In this document: one piece after another, positions 45,866 through 56,285 of the stretch
How positions within the stretch are numbered: position 1 is the first letter of the stretch
Layout: each line of letters starts with the position of its first letter
Source of the DNA: Candidatus Marinacidobacterales bacterium
GTDB lineage: Bacteria > Acidobacteriota > Vicinamibacteria > Marinacidobacterales > SMYC01
DNA length: 64,000 bases
Direction: 5' to 3'
NCBI GenBank assembly: GCA_965224085.1
Contig: CBDCYI010000011.1
Location: 672,001-736,000, forward strand
Made by a program: the position numbers and the translations under genes
The notes under the pieces: model-generated
Told to the model about the DNA's origin: nothing
What the model saw: the letters and a program-made list of their open reading frames with translations, nothing else
The model's database searches: none

Positions 45866-47862
45866 CTAGTCCGCGGCCGTCTTCGAAGTGTCGGTGAAAC
45901 CATCGGGCTCATCCGCAGGCACCGCGAACTCTTCTTCGGGATCGGGATCGGTCTCCGGCTCAGGGGCGGGCGCGGCGGCTTCTTCTTTAGGTACGTCTTC
46001 TTCCGCTTCGGGGGTTTCTTTCTTGGGCGGGGATAACTCGCGGGCGCGCTCGGTCATTTCTGCGGCGCGCTCGTGCGCGCCTTGACGCTCGTATAGCGTC
46101 GCGAGCGATTCGAAATAGATGGCGGCTGTCTCGTTGAGCTCCGCGGCGCGAAGGAGCGACTCTTCGGCTTCTTTGATCCAGTTCTGGTTTTTCATGAGCC
46201 CGAGCCCGAGGAGGTGGTGATACTCGGCCACTTCGCTGTCGAGCTCGATCGCTTGCCGCGAAAGCTGAATGGCTTCCCAGAAATCAGTGACTTCGAAGGA
46301 TTCCTTTGCGCGGCTGAACAGCTCGTCCGCAAAGTCACGCCGCTTCATGCTTCCGGTCGCAGCAGGATCTTCTTCTTGCTTGGGAGGCGCGGGCTCGTGC
46401 TTACCGGAGACGGTGCCGAGCGCTTCGGTCAAGATGGCGCACACACGCGCGAGCTTCTTGCGGTCCGGCGCACTGATGCTGCCTTTTTGGGCATCGGGGT
46501 GGTAGCGCTGCACGAGCTCCAGATAAGCGTTCTTGACTTCAGCGCCGGGGGTACTGATGTCGATCCCGAGAAGCTCCGAGTAACGCTTCTCTTTTCCTAG
46601 GCGCAGTACCCGGTCGACTTCGAGAACGAACATCTCGTCGAGCTCGTGCACCGGCTCGGACGCGGCTTCGTCCTCGACGAAAACGAGAAGGCCTTTTTCG
46701 AAAAAGTCGACGAGTGTGCCAGCGGCCTCGGCTTCGGGAACCGCGCTGACCGTCATAATGTCACGCGCGCGCGAAACGCCGTCGATCCGCGATAGCACGT
46801 ACCCTTGTGTCGGCGTTAGCCTAAAGTCTTGAAGGTCGTCGGAGAGCGTGGCCGAAAAACGCAAGGGCCGGTCGTCCGCTTTCAGCGATTGAATTTCGTC
46901 CGCGCTCGCCTCTCTCGGCGGAGACTCGGGCTCGGCGTGGCGGGGGACGGGTGCGGCCGCCACCTTGGGCGTCTCCGATACCGGGACGGGAGCCATCGGT
47001 CGAGCGCCGAGACGAAGGCTCCGGCCGAAAAAAAACGCTCGTCGGGATCTTTGGCGAGCGTTCTTTCGAGAACCGCCGCGACCTCCGTTGGAAAGGTCCT
47101 CTCCTTCCACGCTTTCGCTTCGAACGGGTTGGAGTTGACGATGCTCAGGAGCACACCCGTAAGGCTTCCACCTCGAAACGGTTTTTCGCCGCAGGCGCAT
47201 TCATAGAGAACGCAGCCGAGCGAGAAGAGATCGCTGCGCGAATCGACTTCCTCACCCTTGGCCTGCTCGGGCGACATGTAGTCGGGCGTTCCTACGAGGC
47301 TTCCAGAGTGTGTGAGGTGCGTCGAGCCGTCGGCTTTGGCAATACCAAAATCTGTAATCCGCGCTTCGAACTCCGGGGTAATCATGATTTTCGCTGGCTT
47401 GATATCGCGATGGATGACTTTGTGCTCGTGCGCGTAGGCGAGGGCTTTGGCTACTTGCGTCACGATGTCGACGATTCTCGCGAGCCCGAGCTTCTGTGAT
47501 TCCATCACCTCTTGGAGCGTGGAGCCTTCGATGAACTCCATGACGATGAAGCCCGTTTCGGGGGTAAAGATGATGTCGTGAATCGTGACGATGTTCGGGT
47601 GATGGAGCTGCGCGGCCACCTGCGCTTCTCGGATGAAGCGTTTGTTGAGCGCTTTTCTCTGGTCCGGTTCGAGCGACGTATCGAGGCGGATGCTCTTGAT
47701 AGCGACAAATCGGTTGAGGAAGGTGTCCTGGGCTTTCAAGACAGAGCCGAACGCGCCCACGCCTAGTCGGCCTAGGATCTCGTAGCGGTCTCCCGGTACT
47801 TTTTCGAGCTCTGAAAGCGCGTCGATAGCACTCGGCTGACTTTGCTCGGTCGATGAGGTCAC
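45866..47862 (-). pseudogene. Ser/Thr protein kinase + J-domain + TPR protein, frameshifted near 47000
   Basis: Kinase motifs (LGVGAFG, VAIK, HRDIKPAK, DFG, YMSPEQ) in ORF 46882..47955. LTPTQGYVLSRIDG, a J-domain (VKNAY.EL..RYHPD) and TPRs in the overlapping ORF 45866..47200. Confidence 0.75.
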
Positions 47863-48094
47863 TGGTCCGGTCCTGGATTGAAGTTCGCGAGGAGCACCCT
47901 GACCATCAATAGGCAAGATGCGTGCCGAACAGCTATCTTCCGAAAGTCTTCGCAAAGATAAGCACTTAGCTGTACTCCGCGCACGTGCTGGCGCGGGAAA
48001 ACCTCTACGCGTTTGGGGGGAAAGCCCCTCAGTGTGCCGAGGCTGCGCGCTTCAAAACTGAACGCGATACTGAAGATCAAAATCTGTCTTAAGG

Positions 48095-48658
48095 CACGCG
48101 GGATGCCGAGCGACGTGAAATAGTCGTCGGGGTTTCCTGTTTTGGGGGGGACGCCGAAATCGTCCGAGCCTTGAGGGCCGACGATTCGATGGCCGTCGAC
48201 GAGAATCTCGTTCCGCTTCGCTTCGCCGCCGAAGATGGGGTGGTTGTCGAGGATCAACGCGCGACCGGCAGGCTGGAGACGGCGGCAGTGATGGGCCGCA
48301 GAGAGACCGGCAATGCCGCCGCCCACGATCACGAGGTCGTAGCTTTCGCCGGTGTCAATAATATCGACCGAGCGTTCATCAAAAGCGCCTTCTCGCAATT
48401 GACGCGCGACCCGCAACACTTCAGGCGTGTTGCCGTGTGACGACGCGTAGTCACCGACGCCGCCGGGACCGTACCACGCTTCGCCGACGTCGAACGCGTA
48501 TTCCGTCGCGCCGCTCTCTTTAATGGGCGGCGTTTCGCTCGGGGTACCGCAGCTCGAGCTCGTTAGTGCGGCGCCGAGCATGGCGGTGAGCCGTGGATGA
48601 AATTCCGGCGGGTGATTGGCTGGTTCTGATCAAGCTCGCGGTTGCGTTTGTTCGGCAT
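48095..48658 (-). pseudogene. Spermidine dehydrogenase-like FAD protein, N-terminal remnant
   Basis: ITRRNFI Tat-like start (frameshifted), YDLVIVGGGIAGLSAA and ILDNHPIFGGEAKRNE. Truncated afterwards. Confidence 0.7.
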
Positions 48659-48676
48659 GGTGAAATGGATGTTACA

Positions 48677-49240
48677 TCAGGGAAGTCGAAAGTCGACGTC
48701 TCCCGGGGTAGCCGAGAACGAACCGCTCACCTCGGCGCGCCGCCGCCGAAGCCCGAACAACGCGCGCGGGTTCCCCGTATAGCCTTCCACGACGAGATCA
48801 AAGCGGCCCTGTACGAGCTCGCTTCCGCTTTCGAGAATCTCGATCGTGCCTGCACCGGTGGAGCCGAGCAGCACAAGCTCCTGGGGATTCATGTCGAAAT
48901 AGAGGAGCACGAAATCCGAGTTCAGCTCGACGTCGTCATAGCCGCCGCTGCTATCGACCTTCGCCACCCCAACCTCATAGGCGCCGGGTTCGGGCATCGC
49001 CGTACCTCGACGCACGAGATAGGCGCCGCCGTCGACGGCTCCCGTGAGCAGGCCGATGATAAAAGCCGGCTCGCCATCGTAGAGTTTCTCGCCTTCTTCG
49101 AAACGGGATGCGCCGAGTTCGAACCCGGAGAGCCCCCCGCTTCTTCGAAATCGGAACTCGCCGATAGTCGCGAGCTCGCAGTCGTAGCCGGTTTGGAGGA
49201 GCGCGACGATGGTCAGAGTGAATGTAGTGAAGAGTTTCAT
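48677..49240 (-). CDS. Hypothetical exported protein
   Basis: GAGG RBS, signal-like N-terminus and a beta-rich 187-aa ORF. Confidence 0.6.
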   Translation of the reverse strand: MKLFTTFTLTIVALLQTGYDCELATIGEFRFRRSGGLSGFELGASRFEEGEKLYDGEPAFIIGLLTGAVDGGAYLVRRGTAMPEPGAYEVGVAKVDSSGGYDDVELNSDFVLLYFDMNPQELVLLGSTGAGTIEILESGSELVQGRFDLVVEGYTGNPRALFGLRRRRAEVSGSFSATPGDVDFRLP

Positions 49241-49305
49241 TCGTGTTCGACCTCACCCTCCGTGCGGTGGCATGAATGGTAGTTGGAGACTAACATGCGT
49301 CCTGC

Positions 49306-49600
49306 GTGTACTGGAATAAACCCAGAGAAACCATCGGGCGGGAGGAGTTCGAGCGCTTGCAGCTCGAGCGTCTGCAGGCGCTCGTCCCCAGGCTTGCTGC
49401 GGACGTTCCCTTCTATCGAGAGTCGCTCGAGAATATCGGTCCCCCGCGCTCGCTCGAGGACCTCGCCTCGCTGCCGTTCACCACGAAGCAGACGCTTCGC
49501 GACCACTATCCTTTTGGCTTGCTTGCGGTCCCTCGCGAACGTATCGTCCGCGTACACGCGTCGAGCGGTACCACGGGTAAGCCCACGGTCGTCGCTTATA
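49306..49600 (+). pseudogene. paaK: Phenylacetate--CoA ligase N-terminal remnant
   Basis: LQLERL, VPFY, LPFTTK..LRDHYPFGL and RVHASSGTTGKPTVV. Breaks off after about 98 aa. Confidence 0.85.
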
Positions 49601-49651
49601 GTTGTCGAACGCGCTCATTGCGAAGCTCGGGGAGGAGCCAGGAGATGAACG

Positions 49652-50821
49652 ATGAATCCGATTGAAGCGCGACGGCGCTTTTTGAGATATCTGGCGGCGA
49701 GCCCCGCGCTCGTCTTGCCGCAATCGACGCTTCGCTATGCCGGGCTCGGGGATGGACCGATCACGGACCCCGAGCAGGCGATCGACGTCTTCGACTTCGA
49801 GGTGGTCGCCGAGAAGGCTCTGCCGCCAGCGCATTGGGGCTACTTGTCGACGGGAACCGACGACGACAACACGATCCGCGCCAATCGCGAGGGCTTCAAA
49901 CGCTACCAGCTCCGTCCGCGGCGGCTCATCGACGTGCGCAAGATCGACATGTCGACGACGCTTTTTGGTGAGACGTTTCCGTCTCCGATTGCCATCTCTC
50001 CGACGGGCCGCAATCAGGCCTTCCACGCGGAGGGCGAGCTCGCCGTCGCCCGGGCGGCGCGCGCCAAGAACCATTTGGAGATGCTCTCGACCGTCGCCTC
50101 GACGGGCGTCGAGGATGTCATCGAAGCGCGCGGCGCGCCGATCTGGTACCAACTTTATGCCAGCTACACCTGGGACATCACCGAAGCGCTCGTCAAACGC
50201 GCAGAAGCGGCTGGGTGTACCGCGATCGTGCTCACCGTCGATCTCCAAGGGGGAAGCAATCGCCAGACAAATAAGCGGTTGGCGAAGCTCGACGCACGCG
50301 AGTGCACGTTGTGCCACGAGCCGGAGTTCGAGGACTACATTCGAACGAAGCCGATGTTCGATGGGCTCGACGTTTCGCGCGCGGATAACTACGGCAGAAG
50401 CTTGACGTGGGACTGGCTGCGCCGCCTGCGCGACATCACGAGCGTGAAGCTCCTCATCAAAGGAATCGTCCGAGGCGACGACGCCGCGCTCGCAGTCGAG
50501 CACGGGATCGACGGAGTTATCGTGTCGAACCATGGCGGCCGCGCGGAAGCCAGTGGTCGTTCGACGATTGCGTGCCTACCTGAGGTCGTCGAGGCCGTGC
50601 ACGGAAGAATGGCCGTGCTGATCGATGGCGGCTTTCGCCATGGGGCGGACTTCTTCAAAGCGCTCGCCCTCGGTGCGGACGCGGTCTGCATCGGAAGGCC
50701 TTACCTCTGGGGGCTCGCGTCGTTTGGGCAAGCAGGTGTCGAAGCGGTGCTTACGATGCTGCGCGCCGAGCTCGAGATGGTAATGCGGCAGGCGGGCACC
50801 CTTCGTATCGACGCGACATAG
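49652..50821 (+). CDS. FMN-dependent alpha-hydroxy acid oxidase/dehydrogenase
   Basis: RRRFL Tat-like start, WYQLY, LTVD, IKGI, VSNHGGR, IDGGFR.G.D..KALALGA and GRPYLWGL. Confidence 0.92.
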   Translation: MNPIEARRRFLRYLAASPALVLPQSTLRYAGLGDGPITDPEQAIDVFDFEVVAEKALPPAHWGYLSTGTDDDNTIRANREGFKRYQLRPRRLIDVRKIDMSTTLFGETFPSPIAISPTGRNQAFHAEGELAVARAARAKNHLEMLSTVASTGVEDVIEARGAPIWYQLYASYTWDITEALVKRAEAAGCTAIVLTVDLQGGSNRQTNKRLAKLDARECTLCHEPEFEDYIRTKPMFDGLDVSRADNYGRSLTWDWLRRLRDITSVKLLIKGIVRGDDAALAVEHGIDGVIVSNHGGRAEASGRSTIACLPEVVEAVHGRMAVLIDGGFRHGADFFKALALGADAVCIGRPYLWGLASFGQAGVEAVLTMLRAELEMVMRQAGTLRIDAT

Positions 50822-50883
50822 ATGCCGACGATCGACCGGTCTTATTTAGCTACCGCCGACGGAGGGTGACGCATACGCGTGGA

Positions 50884-51303
50884 CTACCAGACAGCTTCGA
50901 TGCCTGCAGCATCGGCAATACTTGGATCTCGGGTCACGAGTGGCAGACCGAAGACAACAGCGGTTGCCGCAATGAGACGATCGCCATGCTCTTCGATAGC
51001 GTATAGCTCTTCCGCTTTGCGCACGACGTCCAAACAGAGATCGAGAGCGATGAAGTACGGTGACGACAGCAGCTTGTCACACCAAGTGGCAAATCCGCCT
51101 CGAAGCTCGATGACGCCACGGCGTGACGCTTCGGCTATCTCGACGAGCGCCATTGTCGGGACGTAGACCGCCCCGCCACCCGCTTCGGCTCTCTCGAAAT
51201 GTTTTTTTGCCTTTTTGCCGAGCTTCCGATGCCGTTTTGTTGCGTACCAGATCAATGCGTGGCTATCCGTGACCACCAACTCGGACGCTGAGCTAGAGCT
51301 CAT
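50884..51303 (-). CDS. vapC: PIN-domain (VapC-like) toxin
   Basis: VTDSHALIW, LVEI and DRLIAATA....PLVTRD. Confidence 0.85.
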   Translation of the reverse strand: MSSSSASELVVTDSHALIWYATKRHRKLGKKAKKHFERAEAGGGAVYVPTMALVEIAEASRRGVIELRGGFATWCDKLLSSPYFIALDLCLDVVRKAEELYAIEEHGDRLIAATAVVFGLPLVTRDPSIADAAGIEAVW

Positions 51304-51604
51304 CGGCCTTGGAGGATGAACGCGTAGCCTGGTCTTGCTTGACGCTGACGAGCGCTTGCTCTAGTTCGTCGTCCGCTAGCGGACTGCTCATGCTGCCCGC
51401 TAGCGTGAACGCGCTATCGGCCCGCTGCTCGGCGGCCGCCACGAGCGCTTCCAGATAACGCAATCGCCCCTCGGTGACGAGAGCTAGCCGCTCCTCCATG
51501 TCTCGGTGCTCGATGAAGACGACTCTCTGTGGCGAGCGGCGCAAATATCTGGCGAGCTCCGGCAACCGGGCTCGCGCTTCGGAGATGCTGATACTACGTG
51601 GCAT
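51293..51604 (-). CDS. Phd/YefM-like antitoxin
   Basis: ISISEARARLPEL N-terminus. Overlaps the toxin gene. Confidence 0.75.
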   Translation of the reverse strand: MPRSISISEARARLPELARYLRRSPQRVVFIEHRDMEERLALVTEGRLRYLEALVAAAEQRADSAFTLAGSMSSPLADDELEQALVSVKQDQATRSSSKADEL

Positions 51605-51693
51605 GATGGGCCATTGTACAACATGTAGTACATATCCACAATCTCACACCGATGGGCTGCTCTAGGCGTGGTCGCCGCGCTGCCGCGGCGGCC

Positions 51694-52329
51694 TCAGCGT
51701 GACGGATCCTCTTCAGCCGCACGACCCGTCTCAGCGGCGTTCCAGAGCTTCCTGTACTCGGCCCGAACGCTCTCATCCAGGCGCTCGGCGAGCGAAAGCG
51801 GCAAGCGCAGATGGATAATGAGCTCCTGTACGTCTGCCAAATCTTTGAGTCGGTGGGGAGCGGTAAGTCCAGATGCAAGCTTGAGCTCGATCAACGTCTC
51901 GAGCTCGATGACCCAAAGATTCTCCTTTTTCACACGGGCTTCACCGGGGTCGGGAAAGACAACGGGTTTCCGCTTGCCATCGCCAGGGTAATCGCCGCTC
52001 GTCATGAACTCGACTTTGACCCGAGTACGAGTGTCCCAAAAAGTCTTCTTCGCGCCTTGAAAAGCCTGGAGATAACCCAAGCCAACGATCTTTTCTTGAA
52101 AATGGCGCAGCCCATCGGACGAAAGAAGAATGTCGACGTCTTCGGTGAAGCGGCGATAACCATGTGCAACCAAGGCCATCGCCCCGATCACGGCGTAGTC
52201 GAGTCCCTCGCGCTCGAGACGGGCGACGAGGTTTCGCAGCGTTTCGTAGACGTCTCCTTCTTTCATGAAGAAACGGCTCCCCTCACGATAGTCTTCCCAC
52301 AGGGACGAGCTGGTTGCTTTCATCACCAT
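51694..52329 (-). CDS. Nucleotidyltransferase-fold hypothetical protein
   Basis: YAVIGAMALVAHGYRRFTEDVDILL (G...DxD) and LIELKLASG...RLKDLADV. Start uncertain. Confidence 0.75.
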   Translation of the reverse strand: MVMKATSSSLWEDYREGSRFFMKEGDVYETLRNLVARLEREGLDYAVIGAMALVAHGYRRFTEDVDILLSSDGLRHFQEKIVGLGYLQAFQGAKKTFWDTRTRVKVEFMTSGDYPGDGKRKPVVFPDPGEARVKKENLWVIELETLIELKLASGLTAPHRLKDLADVQELIIHLRLPLSLAERLDESVRAEYRKLWNAAETGRAAEEDPSR

Positions 52330-52510
52330 TATTATAGCGGTTATCAGCCGCATGCCCGTTCAACGGCGACGTCCGGGGCGTCGAAGCCTCACTTGCTGTC
52401 GAGCACTGCCATTAATGATTCTGAGATTGCGGTGTTCCGGATAGCGAGGGCTGGCTCTCTATTGCAAACAGCACCTTGCTTTCGTACATCGGCACTATCG
52501 AGAATCCCTA

Positions 52511-52738
52511 GTGCAGACGTTTCGAGCCATCGTGTTTTCCGTCGTCGTCACGCCATCGGCGACTGCGTGGGCGGACTGCACACCTCTCGCCGGGACAGAG
52601 CATGTCCTCGAGCCGGGTACCGTCGTTTTGCTTGGCGAGATACACGGCACCATCGAGGCACCGGAGGCGGTCTCCCGCCTCGCATATGTCGCTCTCGAGC
52701 AGGGACGCCGCGTGACGATTGGCCTCGACAACAACTAG
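52511..52738 (+). pseudogene. N-terminal remnant of an exported protein (LLGEIHGT motif, erythromycin-esterase-like)
   Basis: Signal peptide, then VVLLGEIHGTIEAP...VTIGL, then an abrupt stop. Confidence 0.5.
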
Positions 52739-52815
52739 TGGCCTTTAAGCGCGCGTTCGTGCGTCGGACCAGTTGCCGTCGGCGCCGCCGCTCGTTAGAA
52801 TTTCTCCTTTTGCGA

Positions 52816-53496
52816 ATGCCGTCGAAATCGAAACTTTGGGCCGTCGCTGCGATGGCAGTGGCGTTGGTCTGCATCTTTGTCGCGATGAAGATCGCCGACT
52901 ATGCCGGCGGGCTCGATCTCGTGAACGCGTGGACGAAGGACGTGGGCGTTTTGGGGATGGTTCTCTTTGCGCTCTTGAGCGGGATGTCGGTCGTCTTCTT
53001 TTTTCCAGGCTCCATCCTCATGACGGCGAGTGGCGCGGCGTTCGGGCTTCGGGACGGCTTCGTCGTGGCGCTCGTTGCGACGAGCGTGGGTGCAGCTCTT
53101 GCATTTCTCGCTTCGCGCTACCTCGCCCGCAAAAGAGTCGAAGAGTGGGTGGCCTCGAAGCCGCGTTTCGCAGCTGTAGACAACGCTATCGGCCACGAGG
53201 GCTGGAAAATCGTTGTCCTCACGCGCTGCTGCCCGCTCTTTCCATATATCTTCCAGAACTACGCCTACGGTCTCACGCGGGTCGGCTTCGGCCATTACGC
53301 TTTGGGCTCGCTGCTCGGGCTCATCCCCTCGACACTCGTCTTCGTTTACATGGGCTCGCTGGGCGCGGAAGCGGCGGTTGGCGCGACGAGTTCGCTCGAG
53401 CTCGGCCTCCGAGTACTTGGCTTTGTCGCGACAGTGGTCGTGAGCATCTACATCACGCGGATCTCGACGCGGGCTCTCGAGCAGGCCGGCCTTTGA
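52816..53496 (+). CDS. TVP38/TMEM64 (DedA/VTT) family membrane protein
   Basis: PGSILM..SGAAFG, GA.LAFL.SRYLAR and LTR..PLFP....NYAYGLT. Confidence 0.9.
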   Translation: MPSKSKLWAVAAMAVALVCIFVAMKIADYAGGLDLVNAWTKDVGVLGMVLFALLSGMSVVFFFPGSILMTASGAAFGLRDGFVVALVATSVGAALAFLASRYLARKRVEEWVASKPRFAAVDNAIGHEGWKIVVLTRCCPLFPYIFQNYAYGLTRVGFGHYALGSLLGLIPSTLVFVYMGSLGAEAAVGATSSLELGLRVLGFVATVVVSIYITRISTRALEQAGL

Positions 53497-53727
53497 GTCA
53501 CGACACCGTCACCCGACTCCTTCTTCACGGCGCCGAGTGCGAGCGGAGCGAGCCCGCCCGAATGGGCCGACGGCGGAAAGCCGAGCGAGGAGCGAGGCGC
53601 CAGGCGCGCGAACGACGAGTGAGCGCGCACTGAGCTGTTCAATGCCCATCGCGCAACTGAGCGCGGTTTGCTATCCTATTTTCAATCAACCCGAACAACC
53701 GAATAATTCCTTACCCGAAAGGCCAGA

Positions 53728-54351
53728 ATGGGCACACCATCTGTCGACCAGCTTCGGCTCTTGTATATCGTCGACCGCTTTACCCATTCAGGGAACAACA
53801 ACAAGCGCCGTTGGTTGAAGGGTTTGCCCCTATCGGTCCTCGTTTATCACGGTATTGCGAGAAAAATTTTCGACGACTACGACTGGGCACCAAGCCTCGT
53901 CGAGTTCCACGGCGTCAAAATGTATGGGAAAGTCAGCCAGGAGGCCCACGCGGATCTGGAAAAACTCCAGCACGCGCAGCTCTTGGAAAAGCTTCATCTC
54001 TCGACCTGCTTGTACGACTCCATCCGGGCCTATCGCACGACGATGGGAGCTGCCGAAGCACTCGAGGCTCTTCCACTAGAGTGCCGAACGGCACTCGATG
54101 CGCTGCTCTCTTGCGGGCATTGCGGGGCGCTCCAGGAGATCCTGGCCTATATCGAGCGAGCGCGCGGTCATTGGAGCGACGTCCGAAACGCCACCGTGAG
54201 CTTCTGCCCTCGATGCTGCACCGTCAAGAAGCGACCGGAAGGTCCGGTCATTTCGTCGCCCAGGGCTAACGGACGCACGACGATCGATTTCTTCGAAATT
54301 GTGGACGTTGTCTATCGCACGAAACCTGCGGACGCGAGAGGATTCACGTGA
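53728..54351 (+). CDS. Hypothetical protein with possible winged-helix N-terminus and Zn-ribbon (CGHC...CPRC)
   Basis: 207-aa ORF with a GTGA overlap into the next gene. Confidence 0.75.
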   Translation: MGTPSVDQLRLLYIVDRFTHSGNNNKRRWLKGLPLSVLVYHGIARKIFDDYDWAPSLVEFHGVKMYGKVSQEAHADLEKLQHAQLLEKLHLSTCLYDSIRAYRTTMGAAEALEALPLECRTALDALLSCGHCGALQEILAYIERARGHWSDVRNATVSFCPRCCTVKKRPEGPVISSPRANGRTTIDFFEIVDVVYRTKPADARGFT

Positions 54352-55742
54352 GTCACGACCACAAGAACCTGCTCTTCGTCGGTCCGAATCCCTTGGTGAC
54401 CTTGGCGGAATGGATCCCGTTCGGAACCAACAATCTCATCCTGCTCGAAGAGAAGCTCGAAGCCCACAACAAGTGGGGCGAGTGCCTGCTCACGGCGATC
54501 ATCGACGAGGATCCAGAAACATCGACCGTGGAACTCGAAGAGCCCGAGACGAAAGTGATGCCGGTCGACGGAAGAGATGGGGAGTGGATCGCGTTTCAGG
54601 CCGAGGTGAACTACAAAGCCACCGGCGGCGAACATCAAGTCGAGCGTTTTACGACCCGCGTCGCAGAGAGCGGCGTCGTGACCTGTGACCTCGAGCTTCT
54701 CGAGACCAACGGCAATGCTGACCAGCACAGCCTCGACGATATCGCTTCTGTTCTAGCGGATCTCGTCGAGGACACGTCGTCGTTGATGAACACGCTCCTC
54801 AATAACTTTCAGCGGCGCTTGCTCGATCTTGTCTATTGCGACCAGGCGAGCCAGCGTGACAAATACGTTCTTATCCTAGCCAATAGTCTCCTCCCGGAAC
54901 GCGATGTCCAAGACTATTTGGACGATCCCGCCTGCGTAGCCGAGCTCCGGCAGATCATCGGCCGTCCGTTCCGGAGCAATGCCTTCACGCTGAAAGATGG
55001 AAGCAAGTTGATTGCCGGCACGAACGGAGCGCTATTCATTTCGAAAGACGCCGAGTCCTACCGACGGGTGCTCGAGCTCTATTGTTTCGCTCGAAGTATC
55101 CAGGCGTTTTTGACGAACACGTTCTCGCGCATGTGGATGACTTGGGATCGCTTGTCCAAGGTGAAAGAGATGATCCGGGATGACGGCATCCGGAAGATCA
55201 TGGAGATCCAGGACATCATCAGCGACTTGACCGGTGACATCTCGATGTTCGACACCATACTTGCTTACGTGAACCGAAGCGCCGCCCAAGGCGACGAGAT
55301 TCTCCCAGCGATTCGAAACGGGGTCATGGCCGAAGAGGATGACGTGTTGAGCGGGCTCCGGCTCAGCGATGAAGTCGCGAAGCTCAAAAACAGGGTCAAC
55401 GACGCGCACTTGATCGTCGAAGGCCTGCAAAAAGAGATCCAGAGCGTGCGTGCGCTGGCCCACACGCTAGGGGAGAAGGAGACCTATCGCATCAGCCAGT
55501 TCATGAACGTGCTAACCATCGTCTCTGTCATCGTTCTGCCTTTGTCGCTCATTACGGGTTTTTATGGAATGAACTTCCAGGCTTACATGCCTTCGGGGGA
55601 GATGGTAAACCCGTACAACATGCCAGAGCTCTACACGCCCCTCGGCTATTTCGGCGCGATTGGTATCATGTCGCTCATCGCGCTCGTACAAGTGCTCTAC
55701 TTCCGACGCCTCGGCTTCCTCGGTCGGGGCAAACGCCGCTAG
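54348..55742 (+). CDS. CorA-family divalent cation transporter-like protein with a long atypical N-terminal domain
   Basis: C-terminal MNVLTIVSVIVLPLSLITGFYGMNF...NMPEL..PLGY plus a second TM helix. Confidence 0.85.
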   Translation: MSHDHKNLLFVGPNPLVTLAEWIPFGTNNLILLEEKLEAHNKWGECLLTAIIDEDPETSTVELEEPETKVMPVDGRDGEWIAFQAEVNYKATGGEHQVERFTTRVAESGVVTCDLELLETNGNADQHSLDDIASVLADLVEDTSSLMNTLLNNFQRRLLDLVYCDQASQRDKYVLILANSLLPERDVQDYLDDPACVAELRQIIGRPFRSNAFTLKDGSKLIAGTNGALFISKDAESYRRVLELYCFARSIQAFLTNTFSRMWMTWDRLSKVKEMIRDDGIRKIMEIQDIISDLTGDISMFDTILAYVNRSAAQGDEILPAIRNGVMAEEDDVLSGLRLSDEVAKLKNRVNDAHLIVEGLQKEIQSVRALAHTLGEKETYRISQFMNVLTIVSVIVLPLSLITGFYGMNFQAYMPSGEMVNPYNMPELYTPLGYFGAIGIMSLIALVQVLYFRRLGFLGRGKRR

Positions 55743-56284
55743 CGCCCGAGCTTTCTAAAAGCCAGTTCAGCAATTGCGGCGTCCTGAGCGCCCACGCCTG
55801 TGAGGTCGCAGACGATGAGCTCGTCCCCCTCGCGACCGGGTTTTTTTCCGGTCACGACATCGCCGAGCTCTGCACTCACGTCGTCCTCGGTCATGAGCTT
55901 CGCCTCCACCGTGTGATGGATCTCCCCGAGGCGCACGCATTGCGAGAAACGATCCGCGATCACTTTGCCGGCCCGCGCCAGGATCTCGGCGTCGATCTCT
56001 CGTTTGTCGGGGCCGTCAGAGCCCACCGCGAGAATCGTCGCGCGCGGCGACACCGCGGCCGCATCGACGATGGGCGTCCGCGCGGTCGTCACCGTCAGCA
56101 CGAGCGAGAACTCCTCAAGAGCGTCTTCGGGGCCGCTCATATCGCGCAAACGGGATCGCGAGCTCGTCTTCCATCTCGCGGCCATAGCGCTCCACGTGGG
56201 CGGGCGTACGGCTCCAAGCGAAGACGTTCGGCCTGCTCTTCTTGGATGAGCTCACGCTGCTCGGACTCGGTGACAGCGCGCACG
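55739..56284 (-). pseudogene. Ornithine cyclodeaminase/mu-crystallin family remnant (internal deletion and frameshift)
   Basis: LAVGSDGPDKRE, ELGDVVTG.KPGR and DLTGVGAQDAAIA. The start MRAVTESEQRELI is joined directly to the mid-protein segment VFAWSRTPAHVERY. Confidence 0.78.
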
Positions 56285-56285
56285 G

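Noticed and set aside
51811-52815. N-terminal 335 aa of the 561-aa ORF as an extension of the TVP38 protein
   Set aside because: It overlaps the NTase gene antisense and another remnant. The real start is likely ATG 52816.
53520-53635. REP-like GCGAGC-rich palindromic tract
   Set aside because: Single occurrence in the window, with no clear IR/TSD boundaries.
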